This document shows, piece by piece, positions 1 to 12,400 of a stretch of DNA of 64,000 nucleotides. Made by a program: the position numbers and the translations under genes. Each line of letters begins with the position of its first letter. Position 1 is the first letter of the stretch. Source of the DNA: Octopus vulgaris (Eukaryota); contig OX597814.1 in NCBI GenBank assembly GCA_951406725.2, positions 224,750,001 to 224,814,000 on the forward strand. The letters run 5' to 3'. The notes under the pieces are model-generated. The model was not told where the DNA came from. It searched no databases and was given only the letters and a program-made list of their open reading frames with translations.

Positions 1-100
1 CTTATTTCTCCTTTTTTGAGATCAGCGACGGTTCGTCGCTGGAAAAAGCATACAGTATTTTGTGAGTGGGGTGAGTTTTTATTACTAGCTGGTGATTAAC

Positions 101-145
101 ACACACTGAGGATGGGTAACCACCCAGAAACTCGAGTTCATGTGT
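101..145 (+). ncRNA. Degenerate hammerhead-like motif in a Penelope-like 3' end
   Basis: acaca-CTGAGGA-tgggt aacc accca-GAAAC-tcga-GTT-ca-tgtgt. Stem I register is off by 2 nt. The segment ends at (TA)n at ~297. Confidence 0.5.
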
Positions 146-296
146 ATTATGTAAGGCTAAGGATGGGGTGTTGACCTCCCCTTACAAATGCTAATCAGAC
201 ACACAATGTGTGTTGTTTGCTAGCTGGAGATGTCTTCCTGGGGCTATAAATGCCAGTAACACTGTCTTGTATGGGAAGCCACTCTTGGTTGGCAGT

Positions 297-327
<31 letters not shown>

Positions 328-1479
328 CATCATGATATTATTTAATATCCATGTGCCATGCTGGTATGGGTTGGACAGTTTGACAGGATTTGATAAGCCC
401 AAGGATTGCATGGTGATTCAGTTTTTTCTGGTATGGTTTCAACTGCTGAATGCACTTCTAAAGGGCCAACTACTTTATGGCAGGTCCTGGGTGCTTTTTT
501 TTTTTTTTTTCTCATGCCACCAGCACCAGTGAGTTTTTGGTTATGCAGTCTTTGTTCCCAAAGAAACAGAACTACCCTAGTGAATTTTGGACTCTGTAGG
601 TAGGTCTTGTAACTGATGTGTGTGTGTGTATTTAATTTATTTTCCCTACTTCTGTGTTGGGAAGAATGCAACCAGCTTTTTTTTCAGTTTTGAATTGTTT
701 TCTCAGGATTTTTTTTCCAGAATTCTGCTTTAATCATAGGAGATCATGATTCTAAATTAAAAAAAAAAATGGTTAGGTTTTAGGGTCAGCAGTTATGAAT
801 TAGTATTTTCGAGCAGGGCTAAGTTTCAGAGTTTAGATTTTAGAATTAAGATTTAAAGTTTAGGATTAAATAGAAGAAATGGTATTTAAAACATTCAATT
901 AGCAAATTCTTTTCTTTTAATTTTTTACAAAATCATAATCTGGTGTTTAAAATGGAAATCCAAAGAAACTTTCTAGAATTTAAAAAGAAATTTATGCGGA
1001 TTATTTAGTCTGATATCCTGCATATGGTTTGTGTAGAGACTTTGCTATAATTTTAGTAAATTACATTGTGACATTAACTACAATACCTTCTTCCCCCCAG
1101 TATTTTTCCTGGTGTGTGTGTATGGATAAATAGTAATTGACCCAATGAAGGCAACCAGTATTCTGAGTCTCTGCTTCACAAATTGTCTGGGACTTGTCCA
1201 CTATGTAAAAGTGATACTGATTTTAACCTCAAATCAATATATATAGTAGAGCTGCCGATGTATGGGGCAAAGGAAGCTGTAGGTGTGCAGCTTATAAGGA
1301 AGCATCCAGACACTCCGCAAACTGGAAATACAGAAATAGATCCTCTAATAGAATTGGTATAAATGTTTTTCCATACCTGAAATTGATATGTACCTAATTC
1401 ATATCACGAATGTAAGTCATGAGATAAAAAACAAAGTTTACAAACCACTTAAATAAACAGCAGAAAAGGACATTGCTAG

Positions 1480-2960
1480 GAATTCTGAAAAAATTGCATT
1501 ATTCCTATGAAAGAGAAGGAAGCCAGGTTTATAGGAAATAGAAAACCAAGCTCTCTGTTTTTTTAATTTGCTGAGGAAATAGTCTTGGAGCATCGCATAC
1601 TTGGGTCATTCTTTGAAGAAAATAACTCTCTTGCTGCAACTTTGCAAAGGATAAGTGAAATACTGAATGAACAATTCAAAAGTGTTTTCACCTTTCCTCT
1701 GGAACTCATGCAGGTAAACAAACCAGATGAATCTTTGCCACCCCAGCTGTGTATACAGAGGCAGCAATGATCGATTACATTGACATGAAAGATGTGATAT
1801 TGGCCATAAATGAAATAAGCCTAAATTTATTTACTGTCCCTAATGCCTTCACAACAATTCTAAAACATGTAAATGAGCCCTAACAAAAGTACTGCAGTTT
1901 CTTTTGGAGCTTCCTTGCAAGTTGAAAGGAGACATGTGTCCCGTTTATAAAAGTGAAAGCAGGTCAAATGCTAAAAAGTAAAGGCTTGTCTCTCTGACCT
2001 TGCATATCAGCAAAGCCAGAGAATGAATTATTGGAAGGAAACTCATCATATTCCTGGAAGAAAATTACTTGCTAAGCTGAACAAGGTTTTCAACCAAGCA
2101 GCTGCCTGACACACCTCCTACAACACAGGTGGTTGTTAAAACAGTTGCTCAGCCATTCAAATATGGATGATATATATCAATTTTGTGAAAGCCTTTGATA
2201 AAGTCAATCATGGTATGATATATCACAACTGTATGATCTTGGGATTATCTGGAAACTGGGGAAGTGTCTGCATTACATATTAAAAGACAGAAGGTAGTAA
2301 CCAAAGAGTCTATCTTTCAGGAAACGAAAATAAAGTGTGGAGTCCCTTAGAGTATGTCCTCGTGGCTGTCTCAAACATGCTCTTAGCTATGCAGATAGTC
2401 ACCCCCCATCAACTATGTAGACAGTGCAAAAGTATCACAGGTGAAAAAGGACCTTGGAAGTATTCCACACCTGAAACATGATGTAAATACTATTCATGAG
2501 TGGGCGGGAAGAAATAACATGGAGCTTTAATGCTGAACATTTCCAAACCCTTTGATATCAGTGCACAAGTTTAAATGGAATAGAGACAAAAAAGTGAACC
2601 AGGAGGGATGCAAGTCCATGAGTCATAATCAGTACATATTCTGGGCATTAACATGAATAATGCATCTTTTCCAGTGTATGTTACTAAGATGGTATTGAAA
2701 TGTAGACGTCAGACCCAATGGATTCTAAGAACTTTCAGAAAAAGTGGGCTGGAAACCATGATAGTTCTCTGGAGGACATTCATCTTCTAGATTATTGCTC
2801 CTAATAATGATAACCACATAGAGCAAAATTAATGGCAGAACTTGAAGTGATGCCATGCTGCTACAAAAAGATTACTTCAGTTACTGGGAAAGGCTTAAAA
2901 AGTTAAGATTGTATTTCCTTACACAGAGATAGGAAAAGTATGCAATAATAGGACTGGAAC
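1480..2960 (+). pseudogene. Decayed LINE reverse transcriptase (CR1/L2/Jockey group)
   Basis: Remnants: EILNEQFKSVF, YRLVSL-like at ~1980, FVKAFDKVNHG at ~2181, GVP at ~2339. Many stops and frameshifts. Confidence 0.75.
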
Positions 2961-3332
2961 ATTCTGGAAGCCAATTTAAGTGCCATTTTTAAGATAGGAT
3001 ACAGAGTTCTATTTTACACACAAGATGGAAAATACAATGTTTTATTTTTATGAACATTTGAATTTCCTTTTCTATATTGAGTGCTTGAAGTGACAGATGC
3101 AGCATAAGGTCCAGTCCTGCAGTGTGGTACCTTGTGTGTCTCAATGATTCTGCGAGTTATACCAGTGGGGCACAAGCAGGATCTCTTGTGCTGGACAGTT
3201 CACAGGATAGAGGCCCGACTGATAAGGAGTACCTTTCTCTAGAGGTAAAAATGGGTCCATATAGGGTTAACAGTCTTACCTGAAAAAAAGAGACAAAAAA
3301 AGCAGACTTGCTGAAGTATTGATGACAATTTA

Positions 3333-3736
3333 AGTGGCTGTGTTGTAAGTAGCTTGCTTACCAACCACATGGTTCCGGGTTCAGTCCCACTGCGTGGCAC
3401 CTTGGGCAAGTGTCTTCTGCTATAGCCCCGGGCCGACCAATGCCTTGTGAGTGGATTTGGTAGACGGAAACTGAAAGAAGCCTGTCGTATATATATATAT
3501 ATATGTGTGTGTATATGTTTGTGTGTCTGTGTTTGTCCCCCCAACATCGCTTGACAATCGATGCTGGTGTTTTTATGTCCCCGTCACTTAGCAGTTCGGC
3601 AAAAGACACCGATAGAATAAGTACTGGGCTTACAAAGAATAAGTCCTGGGGTCGATTTGCTCGACTAAAGGCAGTGCTCCAGCATGGCCGCAGTCAAATG
3701 ACTGAATCAAGTAAAAGAGAAAAAGAGTAAAAGAGT
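3333..3736 (+). mobile_element. tRNA-derived SINE family A with internal TA/TG microsatellite
   Basis: Head tggctgtgttgtaagtagc…ggttccgggttcagtccc (A/B-box-like), tail (taaaagag)n. Close match to 33968-34445. Confidence 0.85.
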
Positions 3737-4680
3737 AATTCAAAACCAACAAGACCTGGGAGAGGAAACAGAAATGATAGCCCTAAGTCTAGGACAGTGG
3801 GGAAAAAAATTGTCAATGGCTTATGCCCCAGAGGGAGCAAAAGGCTTAAGTAAGCAAGTAAGGTAGTGGATAGGCTCCATTAAGAGCATCTGTAAATGAT
3901 CTCCTTGCAATACTTAATTGTATTCTAAACTTAGGCCCATGCTCTGGTACTCAGAGATTCAATTCAATCGATTCCTGCAGATATATGGTCTTGTTTCAGA
4001 GTGAGAGATCTATACTGATTGCCAACTATCTATGCTGCAAAAAGCAAATGATATATGTTTTGCCATTTTGAAGTTCTACAGGTCTGACCAAATTAAATTT
4101 GTATAAACTTAATTTTGATTTACATTTCATATTTCAAATCATTCAATATAGTGCTTGGATACAGGAGTGCATACTTTTACATGGATACAAATAAAGATTT
4201 AAGGAAAACACAGACATATTAATACTTTATATATATATAATATAATTGTAATTAGGGTTCAGCTAACTGCTTCACCAATACTGAAATTAGAAATAGGAGT
4301 TAAAAATTCCTTTCCTGCTGATATAAGAATCTCCATGACGGTAAACATACATTTTTACGAATTCAAAGAGAAAAACAATGAATCAACACGACCAGGATTA
4401 ATTATATATGCATTTTTACTTACTTCTCTCTTCAGTATAATATTTCCAATTTTTATAAAATTTGTAAGTTCTATAGCTGAATATGCACACAATCAAGCGT
4501 TATCATGTAACGGATATCCAACCAACACTTCCAAAATTTACAGAGCCGAATGGGAATACACTATTCAAACTCTATACCCATGTGTATGCTACGAGCAATA
4601 CCGCAAAAAACTGCAGTATTCTATCATGGAGTAAATTATAATTTTAATTTAAAATTATATATATATATATATATATATAT

Positions 4681-5011
4681 TAAATTAGAGATAAAACCAC
4701 TATTAGGCAAATCAAACAGTGAAAGTCATAAGCCAATACATAGAAATGAAATTAATTAATAAAATATATAAAAAATATAAAATATAAAATTCCAAATTAA
4801 AATATTTAAATTAAAGTTAAGATTTAAGAAATTATTTAAATTGATGATTTAAACTTATAAATTTTAAATATATATATATATTTTATTATTATTTTATTTA
4901 TTTATTTATTTTTTTTAATTAATTAATTTTATTTCTATTTCTATGTATTGGCTTATGATTTTCTATAAATTTAGTTTTCTCAATTTTTTTCACTGTATTT
5001 GGATTTACTCC

Positions 5012-5049
<38 letters not shown>

Positions 5050-5158
5050 GTAGTTTTATCTCTAATTTAATATAATATATATATATATTTATTCTATAAA
5101 ATTAGATTTAATCCTCAATCTAATTTTTCACTGTAAGTTTGGATTTACTCCCTAATAT
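4681..5158. mobile_element. Short inverted Penelope-like 3' ends, same family as 23071-23392
   Basis: aattagagataaaaccactattaggcaaatcaaacagtgaaa is shared with 23165. ttggatttactccctaata occurs at ~5000 and ~5140. Embedded in (TA)n. Confidence 0.65.
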
Positions 5159-5175
5159 ATATCATCATCATCGTC

Positions 5176-5226
<51 letters not shown>

Positions 5227-5349
5227 GTATATATATATTATATATATATGTATATATATATGTATATATATATGTATATATATATGTATATATATATATG
5301 TATGTATGTATATATATATATATGTATTTTTTTTTTTTTTGTATATATA

Positions 5350-5419
<70 letters not shown>

Positions 5420-6008
5420 TTTAGGCAGTTTAACTTTTGTTTGTTGGTCAGTTTAAATTAGTTATTTATTAAGAAAATTAAAACTTTTATTTTTTTTTAA
5501 CTTCAGTAACTACATTTACTCAAAATAATCAATGTTATTGACTCAGTTTTAAACAGTATCCTGCCTTTTTGTTTTTTAATCCCACAACAATTGATATCAA
5601 ATAAAAGAAAACTACAGAAAGTATGTTTCCTAAATATTTATTAAAATTCAGATAATTACATTAATATTCATTAAAAAAATTAATTGCAAACTGCTTCTGC
5701 TTTATTTGTATCACCAGTAAATTGCAGTCTTTGGCAATGTTTATATTGGTTTGCTATTCTTTAAGCGGAACAGTGAAGATGCCATGGTCAGTATAAAGCT
5801 TCACTAAATACTTTTATCACATCGAAAATTAGACATCTTGCTGTACTGACTTCTATTTCCTTTGGTGTTGTGTTAGGGACATTTGAAAAAAATATATATG
5901 TGAAAACCATGTGTTGAGGATTTTTCTGTTGACTACATCCTCTCAGAACTTTATACTGTCAGCACATATGGTAGAATGAGTTTCTCTGAACAGAATCCTC
6001 AGAATAGA

Positions 6009-6125
6009 TCACACAAGAGAGGCTATTGTTATAGATTTCTGTGAAGAACCTACTGCAAACATTTGGCCACCAAAGACAGAATCCAAGCAATATACTGGTT
6101 TGGCCATCTGAACTTTACCAATACA
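6009..6125 (-). CDS. WD40-repeat protein, exon 8 (stop codon)
   Basis: Acceptor ttttccttttcag|, phase 0, 117 nt including TGA. Encodes CIGKVQMAKPVYCLDSVFGGQMFAVGSSQKSITIASLV*. Candidate minus-strand AATAAA at 5701-5706. Confidence 0.8.
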   Translation of the reverse strand, partial: CIGKVQMAKPVYCLDSVFGGQMFAVGSSQKSITIASLV

Positions 6126-6557
6126 CTGAAAAGGAAAATTAATAATATTAATGGAAGTATGTATAATAATAATAATATTGATTTGTAACATTAATGGAAA
6201 TAAATATGTTATCGAATTTTAACTTTGGCAAGGAGGAGGAGGAATAGCTGATTAATGACTGGTACTAATTTTTCCTTTGCTGTTAGGGACATTTGAAAAA
6301 AATATATATGTGAAAACCCTGAGGACTTTTCCTCTAGGATATATTATATTGTTAATACAGATGGTAGAATGGGTTTCTAATTGTATCTCCTCCTCTCTGA
6401 AACAAGGAAGTGCGAACTCAATGAAATGCAAGCATAAAAGAACAGCTAAACACTACAAGATGTTTGGTGTTTCACCATAGTAATGGATGTTTGTAATATA
6501 AGAATGAATATTCATAAAAACAAAAAAAAACTTTTAGATGTTAAGTGAAGCCTGTAT

Positions 6558-6818
6558 AATTAGTGCAGTCTTACAAATACGATAATTGTATTAAAGGTGT
6601 TGAATTGTACGACTACAGTACAAGACTATAGTTTTTAATTGCTGTTTCTAGGTTTTAATGTTCATTTTATTATTTATCAACCACTGAATTAGTGCAGTCT
6701 TACAAATACGATAATTGTATTAAAGGTGTTGAATTGTACGACTACAGTACAAGACTATAGTTTTTAATTGCTGTTTCTAGGTTTTAATGTTCATTTTATT
6801 ATTTATCAACCACTGAAT
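6558..6818. repeat. Exact tandem duplication, 129-bp unit x2
   Basis: aattagtgcagtcttac…aaccactg starts at 6558 and 6687. Confidence 0.95.
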
Positions 6819-8129
6819 GGGAGTAGTCGTGCAGTGAATAGAAAGAAAAGATTTATGTTCGTTGGAGAGAAATTAGCAAAGTAGGATTCATTGAATGCGC
6901 TCTGTTAACTTATGTGTAATGTAGAGAGAACAGGTGTGCATGAAAGCTTATTTGCACCTGAAAGATGACTGCTTTGGTATAAATGGTGTGAACAGAGAAA
7001 TGCTTGGTGAAGACGAATTGTGTACCAATAGTTGTAGTGGAAGCAGAGACGTCGAATCTCAAGATGCTTCACTTCGAGGGCAAAATGACACAGCAAAGAG
7101 GCTAATCAAATTGAGAACTGCGTGGCGGAGTCACAAATTGCACAGAATTTAAGGTTTATACTTTCAAGACTTGCCAATGTGCTCATGATTTGATGAGTGT
7201 ACTTTTGTAATGACAAACATGACCAAAAAGAATGATCATTAGAAAACAGCTTCCAGTACAAATAATTCTTAAATAGAAAATATCAATTGGAATGCGTGAC
7301 GGAATCATACAACAAAGGATACAGGTTATGGAAACATATATTTATTTCGAAAATTCTATTTGCTAAATTCTTGCCACTGTATGATATCTATCTCGAAGCT
7401 CAACTGACGAACTAATCAGTTTTACTTTAGGTTCAAAAGTCAGTTTATCTAATATTTATGGCCAGTAAACTACCATGATAGAATCACAAAATACCCATGA
7501 AGGAATCACAACTGCAGCATTTTGATAAAAACAATTGGATGTACAAACTATTCTAGGTAACCGACACAACGCAATGCATAAACGTATATTTATGATGTGG
7601 CCTAGACTACGTACACTCATCCAAAATTAAGTCATTTAGCCCTTCATATACTAAACATACTTTTCAAGTAGTCACAGCTTGCATTCACAATAGTGTATCC
7701 AATATCCGAATAGCGGTTCGACGTGAAAAGAAAATACAACAAATTGAAAACGAACACGTTTATTTTACTTTCATTCATCCGGTTGTGGAGGTATCGACAG
7801 GCAACGAATCCTACAGACTGCTCAAACGTAAATGTTCATTCTGACCAGATGCGCTCACAAATTTAACTATTTGCATTGTGGACACAATCTTCCTTACAAA
7901 CACAAGCTCATTATCACCAGATAGAAATGGCTGTATTTAACATAAGCCGGACAAAATGCTTAGTGGTATTTTGTTCTAAGTTCAAATTCTTCCGAGGTCG
8001 ACTTTGCCTATGATCCTTTTGGAGTCGATAAAATTAGCGCTAGTTGATTACCGGGCATGACGTTATCGATTATTCCCCAACCGCAAGTTTCCGTCCCTGT
8101 GCCTATCGCAGAAAGAGTATTTAATAAAC

Positions 8130-8790
8130 AATGACCACTGACACGCCAACAAATCCTCCCAGTAACAGTCGGAAACAACGATTTGAGAAGCGAAGCGGAT
8201 TTCAGATATCTAGGAAGCACTATCCACAATGATGGTGGAACGAAAGTTGACATACAAGTCCGTATTGGAGAAACTTCGGACGACTTCGGCCAGTGTGGTC
8301 CAATAATTCCATCATCAAAGATGTGAAAATCCGTCTCTGCGTGTCGATTGTGGTACCTACTGCTACCTATGCATGGGAGACGTGGAAAAGAACAGTTAAC
8401 ATCAACAAATCGGACGTCTTTCATAGGCGATGCATTCTTGTTATACTTAGAATATAGTGGAGGGACTACATCACAAATGAGGAGGATACTGCGGTGATCA
8501 GGGCTAGACACCCTATCAGGCATTGTCAAGAAGCGAATATTGCGATTCATCGGACATATAATACGGCTAGCGGAACACAGGCTGCCACATACTGCATTGA
8601 CATGGACACTAGCTGGGAACAAGCGAGGGAGAGGAAGACCGCCCCAAAACTGGCACAGTACTTTCCGCGAGGAATTACGGGAGCTGCAATTGATCTGAAC
8701 TGATGCAAAAACGACTGCAGATCGCAAGCAGTAGAGGCAACTCGTCGCCCAATATTCCAGTAGGAACGGGAGAGAGACTAAGACTAAGCT
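8130..8790 (+). pseudogene. RTE-clade LINE 3' fragment
   Basis: DFRYLGSTIHNDG…DIQVRIG, LLPMHGRRG (frameshifted YACETW), YSWRDYITNEE-like. Ends in short (agacta)n repeats. Confidence 0.75.
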
Positions 8791-8904
8791 GGGGATTTGA
8801 CGTTGAAGAATATTGAATTTTTAATATGGTCTTCCATATTCAGTAGTGATACACACGCCCAAAATGCTGTCCGAAATATGTGGCTGGGAAGCGACACACA
8901 GATA

Positions 8905-9150
8905 CATCATCATCATCATCATCATCATCGTTTAACGTCCGTTTTCCGCGCTAGCACGGGTTGGACGGTTTCGACCGGGGTCTGGGGAGCTAGGGACTGC
9001 CCCAGGCTCCAGTCTAGTCTGGCAGTGTTTCTACAGCTGGATGCCCTTCCTAACGCCAACCACTCCGCGAGTGTAGTGGGTGTTTTTTACGTGCCACCTG
9101 CACGGGTGCCAGAGGGGTCTGGCATCGGCCACGTTCGGATGGTGCTTTTT
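8905..9150 (-). mobile_element. RTE-related retroposon 3' end with (ATG)n tail
   Basis: (cat)n-cgtttaacgtccg…ctacagctggatgcccttcctaacgccaaccactccg. Second copy at ~59140-59340. Confidence 0.7.
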
Positions 9151-9413
9151 TTATTATGTGGGGGGGGGGGGGGGCAGAAATATAGGGGAGCACCAGTGGG
9201 GGGGGGTGGTTCAGAGGAATGATGACAGGTTCTTAGGCAAGTAGAACGTAGGATAGAGGGTAATGCATGGTGAAAATAGCGTATTGAGGAGGGGGCATTC
9301 GAAGAGTAGACACCTATAATGGTGGTGGGAGAAACAACATCCGGTATAGATGGAGCAAAAATATAGAGATATCCGGTATTGGTGGTGGGGGTGGGCAGGG
9401 TGGGTGCACCGCG

Positions 9414-12400
9414 AATACGCGCGAAGGTTGAAAAAGGATGATAGAGCGAGACTTGGTCGGGCAGAGTTAATAGAGGAGAAATTAGATACAATAGTTAGAT
9501 AGATAAATAACAACAGATAGGAAAACATGTATGATTGGTCGAGAAGTGAAGTGAAGTGAAGTGAAAATAAATAAAAATAAAATAAAATAATATAAGCATT
9601 CAAACTTAGCTGTGCTCGAGATTATAGCCGCTAGGTGAATGAATGAGAGAGCAGATGTTGTTGCCTTAAGTAAAGAAATTGACCGGAAAGGAATTTTTGG
9701 ACAAGGCGGAAGTGTATTAAGGGAACAGGCTTTAAAGATGGCGGAGATCGATAGACAAATACGCGCGAAGGTTGAAAAAGGATGATAGAGCGAGACTTGG
9801 TCGGGCAGAGTTAATAGAGGAGAAATTAGATACAATAGTTAGATAGATAAATAACAACAGATAGGAAAACATGTATGATTGGTCGAGAAGTGAAGTGAAG
9901 TGAAGTGAAAATAAATAAAAATAAAATAAAATAATATAAGCATTCAAACTTAGCTGTGCTCGAGATTATAGCCGCTAGGTGAATGAATGAGAGAGCAGAT
10001 GTTGTTGCCTTAAGTAAAGAAATTGACCGGAAAGGAATTTTTGGACAAGGCGGAAGTGTATTAAGGGAACAGGCTTTAAAGATGGCGGAGATCGATAGAC
10101 AAATACGCGCGAAGGTTGAAAAAGGATGATAGAGCGAGACTTGGTCGGGCAGAGTTAATAGAGGAGAAATTAGATACAATAGTTAGATAGATAAATAACA
10201 ACAGATAGGAAAACATGTATGATTGATCGAGAAGTGAAGTGAAGTGAAGTGAAAATAAATAAAAATAAAATAAAATAATATAAGCATTCAAACTTAGCTG
10301 TGCTCGAGATTATAGCCGCTAGGTGAATGAATGAGAGAGCAGATGTTGTTGCCTTAAGTAAAGAAATTGACCGGAAAGGAATTTTTGGACAAGGCGGAAG
10401 TGTATTAAGGGAACAGGCTTTAAAGATGGCGGAGATCGATAGACAAATACGCGCGAAGGTTGAAAAAGGATGATAGAGCGAGACTTGGTCGGGCAGAGTT
10501 AATAGAGGAGAAATTAGATACAATAGTTAGATAGATAAATAACAACAGATAGGAAAACATGTATGATTGGTCGAGAAGTGAAGTGAAGTGAAGTGAAAAT
10601 AAATAAAAATAAAATAAAATAATATAAGCATTCAAACTTAGCTGTGCTCGAGATTATAGCCGCTAGGTGAATGAATGAGAGAGCAGATGTTGTTGCCTTA
10701 AGTAAAGAAATTGACCGGAAAGGAATTTTTGGACAAGGCGGAAGTGTATTAAGGGAACAGGCTTTAAAGATGGCGGAGATCGATAGACAAATACGCGCGA
10801 AGGTTGAAAAAGGATGATAGAGCGAGACTTGGTCGGGCAGAGTTAATAGAGGAGAAATTAGATACAATAGTTAGATAGATAAATAACAACAGATAGGAAA
10901 ACATGTATGATTGGTCGAGAAGTGAAGTGAAGTGAAGTGAAAATAAATAAAAATAAAATAAAATAATATAAGCATTCAAACTTAGCTGTGCTCGAGATTA
11001 TAGCCGCTAGGTGAATGAATGAGAGAGCAGATGTTGTTGCCTTAAGTAAAGAAATTGACCGGAAAGGAATTTTTGGACAAGGCGGAAGTGTATTAAGGGA
11101 ACAGGCTTTAAAGATGGCGGAGATCGATAGACAAATACGCGCGAAGGTTGAAAAAGGATGATAGAGCGAGACTTGGTCGGACAGAGTTAATAGAGGAGAA
11201 ATTAGATACAATAGTTAGATAGATAAATAACAACAGATAGGAAAACATGTATGATTGGTCGAGAAGTGAAGTGAAGTGAAGTGAAAATAAATAAAAATAA
11301 AATAAAATAATATAAGCATTCAAACTTAGCTGTGCTCGAGATTATAGCCGCTAGGTGAATGAATGAGAGAGCAGATGTTGTTGCCTTAAGTAAAGAAATT
11401 GACCGGAAAGGAATTTTTGGACAAGGCGGAAGTGTATTAAGGGAACAGGCTTTAAAGATGGCGGAGATCGATAGACAAATACGCGCGAAGGTTGAAAAAG
11501 GATGATAGAGCGAGACTTGGTCGGGCAGAGTTAATAGAGGAGAAATTAGATACAATAGTTAGATAGATAAATAACAACAGATAGGAAAACATGTATGATT
11601 GGTCGAGAAGTGAAGTGAAGTGAAGTGAAAATAAATACAAATAAAATAAAATAATATAAGCATTCAAACTTAGCTGTGCTCGAGATTATAGCCGCTAGGT
11701 GAATGAATGAGAGAGCAGATGTTGTTGCCTTAAGTAAAGAAATTGACCGGAAAGGAATTTTTGGACAAGGCGGAAGTGTATTAAGGGAACAGGCTTTAAA
11801 GATGGCGGAGATCGATAGACAAATACGCGCGAAGGTTGAAAAAGGATGATAGAGCGAGACTTGGTCGGGCAGAGTTAATAGAGGAGAAATTAGATACAAT
11901 AGTTAGATAGATAAATAACAACAGATAGGAAAAAACATGTATGATTGGTCGAGAAGTGAAGTGAAGTGAAGTGAAAATAAATAAAAATAAAATAAAATAA
12001 TATAAGCATTCAAACTTAGCTGTGCTCGAGATTATAGCCGCTAGGTGAATGAATGAGAGAGCAGATGTTGTTGCCTTAAGTAAAGAAATTGACCGGAAAG
12101 GAATTTTTGGACAAGGCGGAAGTGTATTAAGGGAACAGGCTTTAAAGATGGCGGAGATCGATAGACAAATACGCGCGAAGGTTGAAAAAGGATGATAGAG
12201 CGAGACTTGGTCGGGCAGAGTTAATAGAGGAGAAATTAGATACAATAGTTAGATAGATAAATAACAACAGATAGGAAAACATGTATGATTGGTCGAGAAG
12301 TGAAGTGAAGTGAAGTGAAAATAAATAAAAATAAAATAAAATAATATAAGCATTCAAACTTAGCTGTGCTCGAGATTATAGCCGCTAGGTGAATGAATGA

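Noticed and set aside
8008-8727. 239-aa minus-strand ORF as a gene
   Set aside because: It is the antisense frame of the RTE LINE fragment on the + strand.
9211-9491. DIRS/tyrosine-recombinase motif (STFARIRGAPT resembling HSFRIGAAT)
   Set aside because: The catalytic His is absent, the match spans the array junction and there is no other YR motif.
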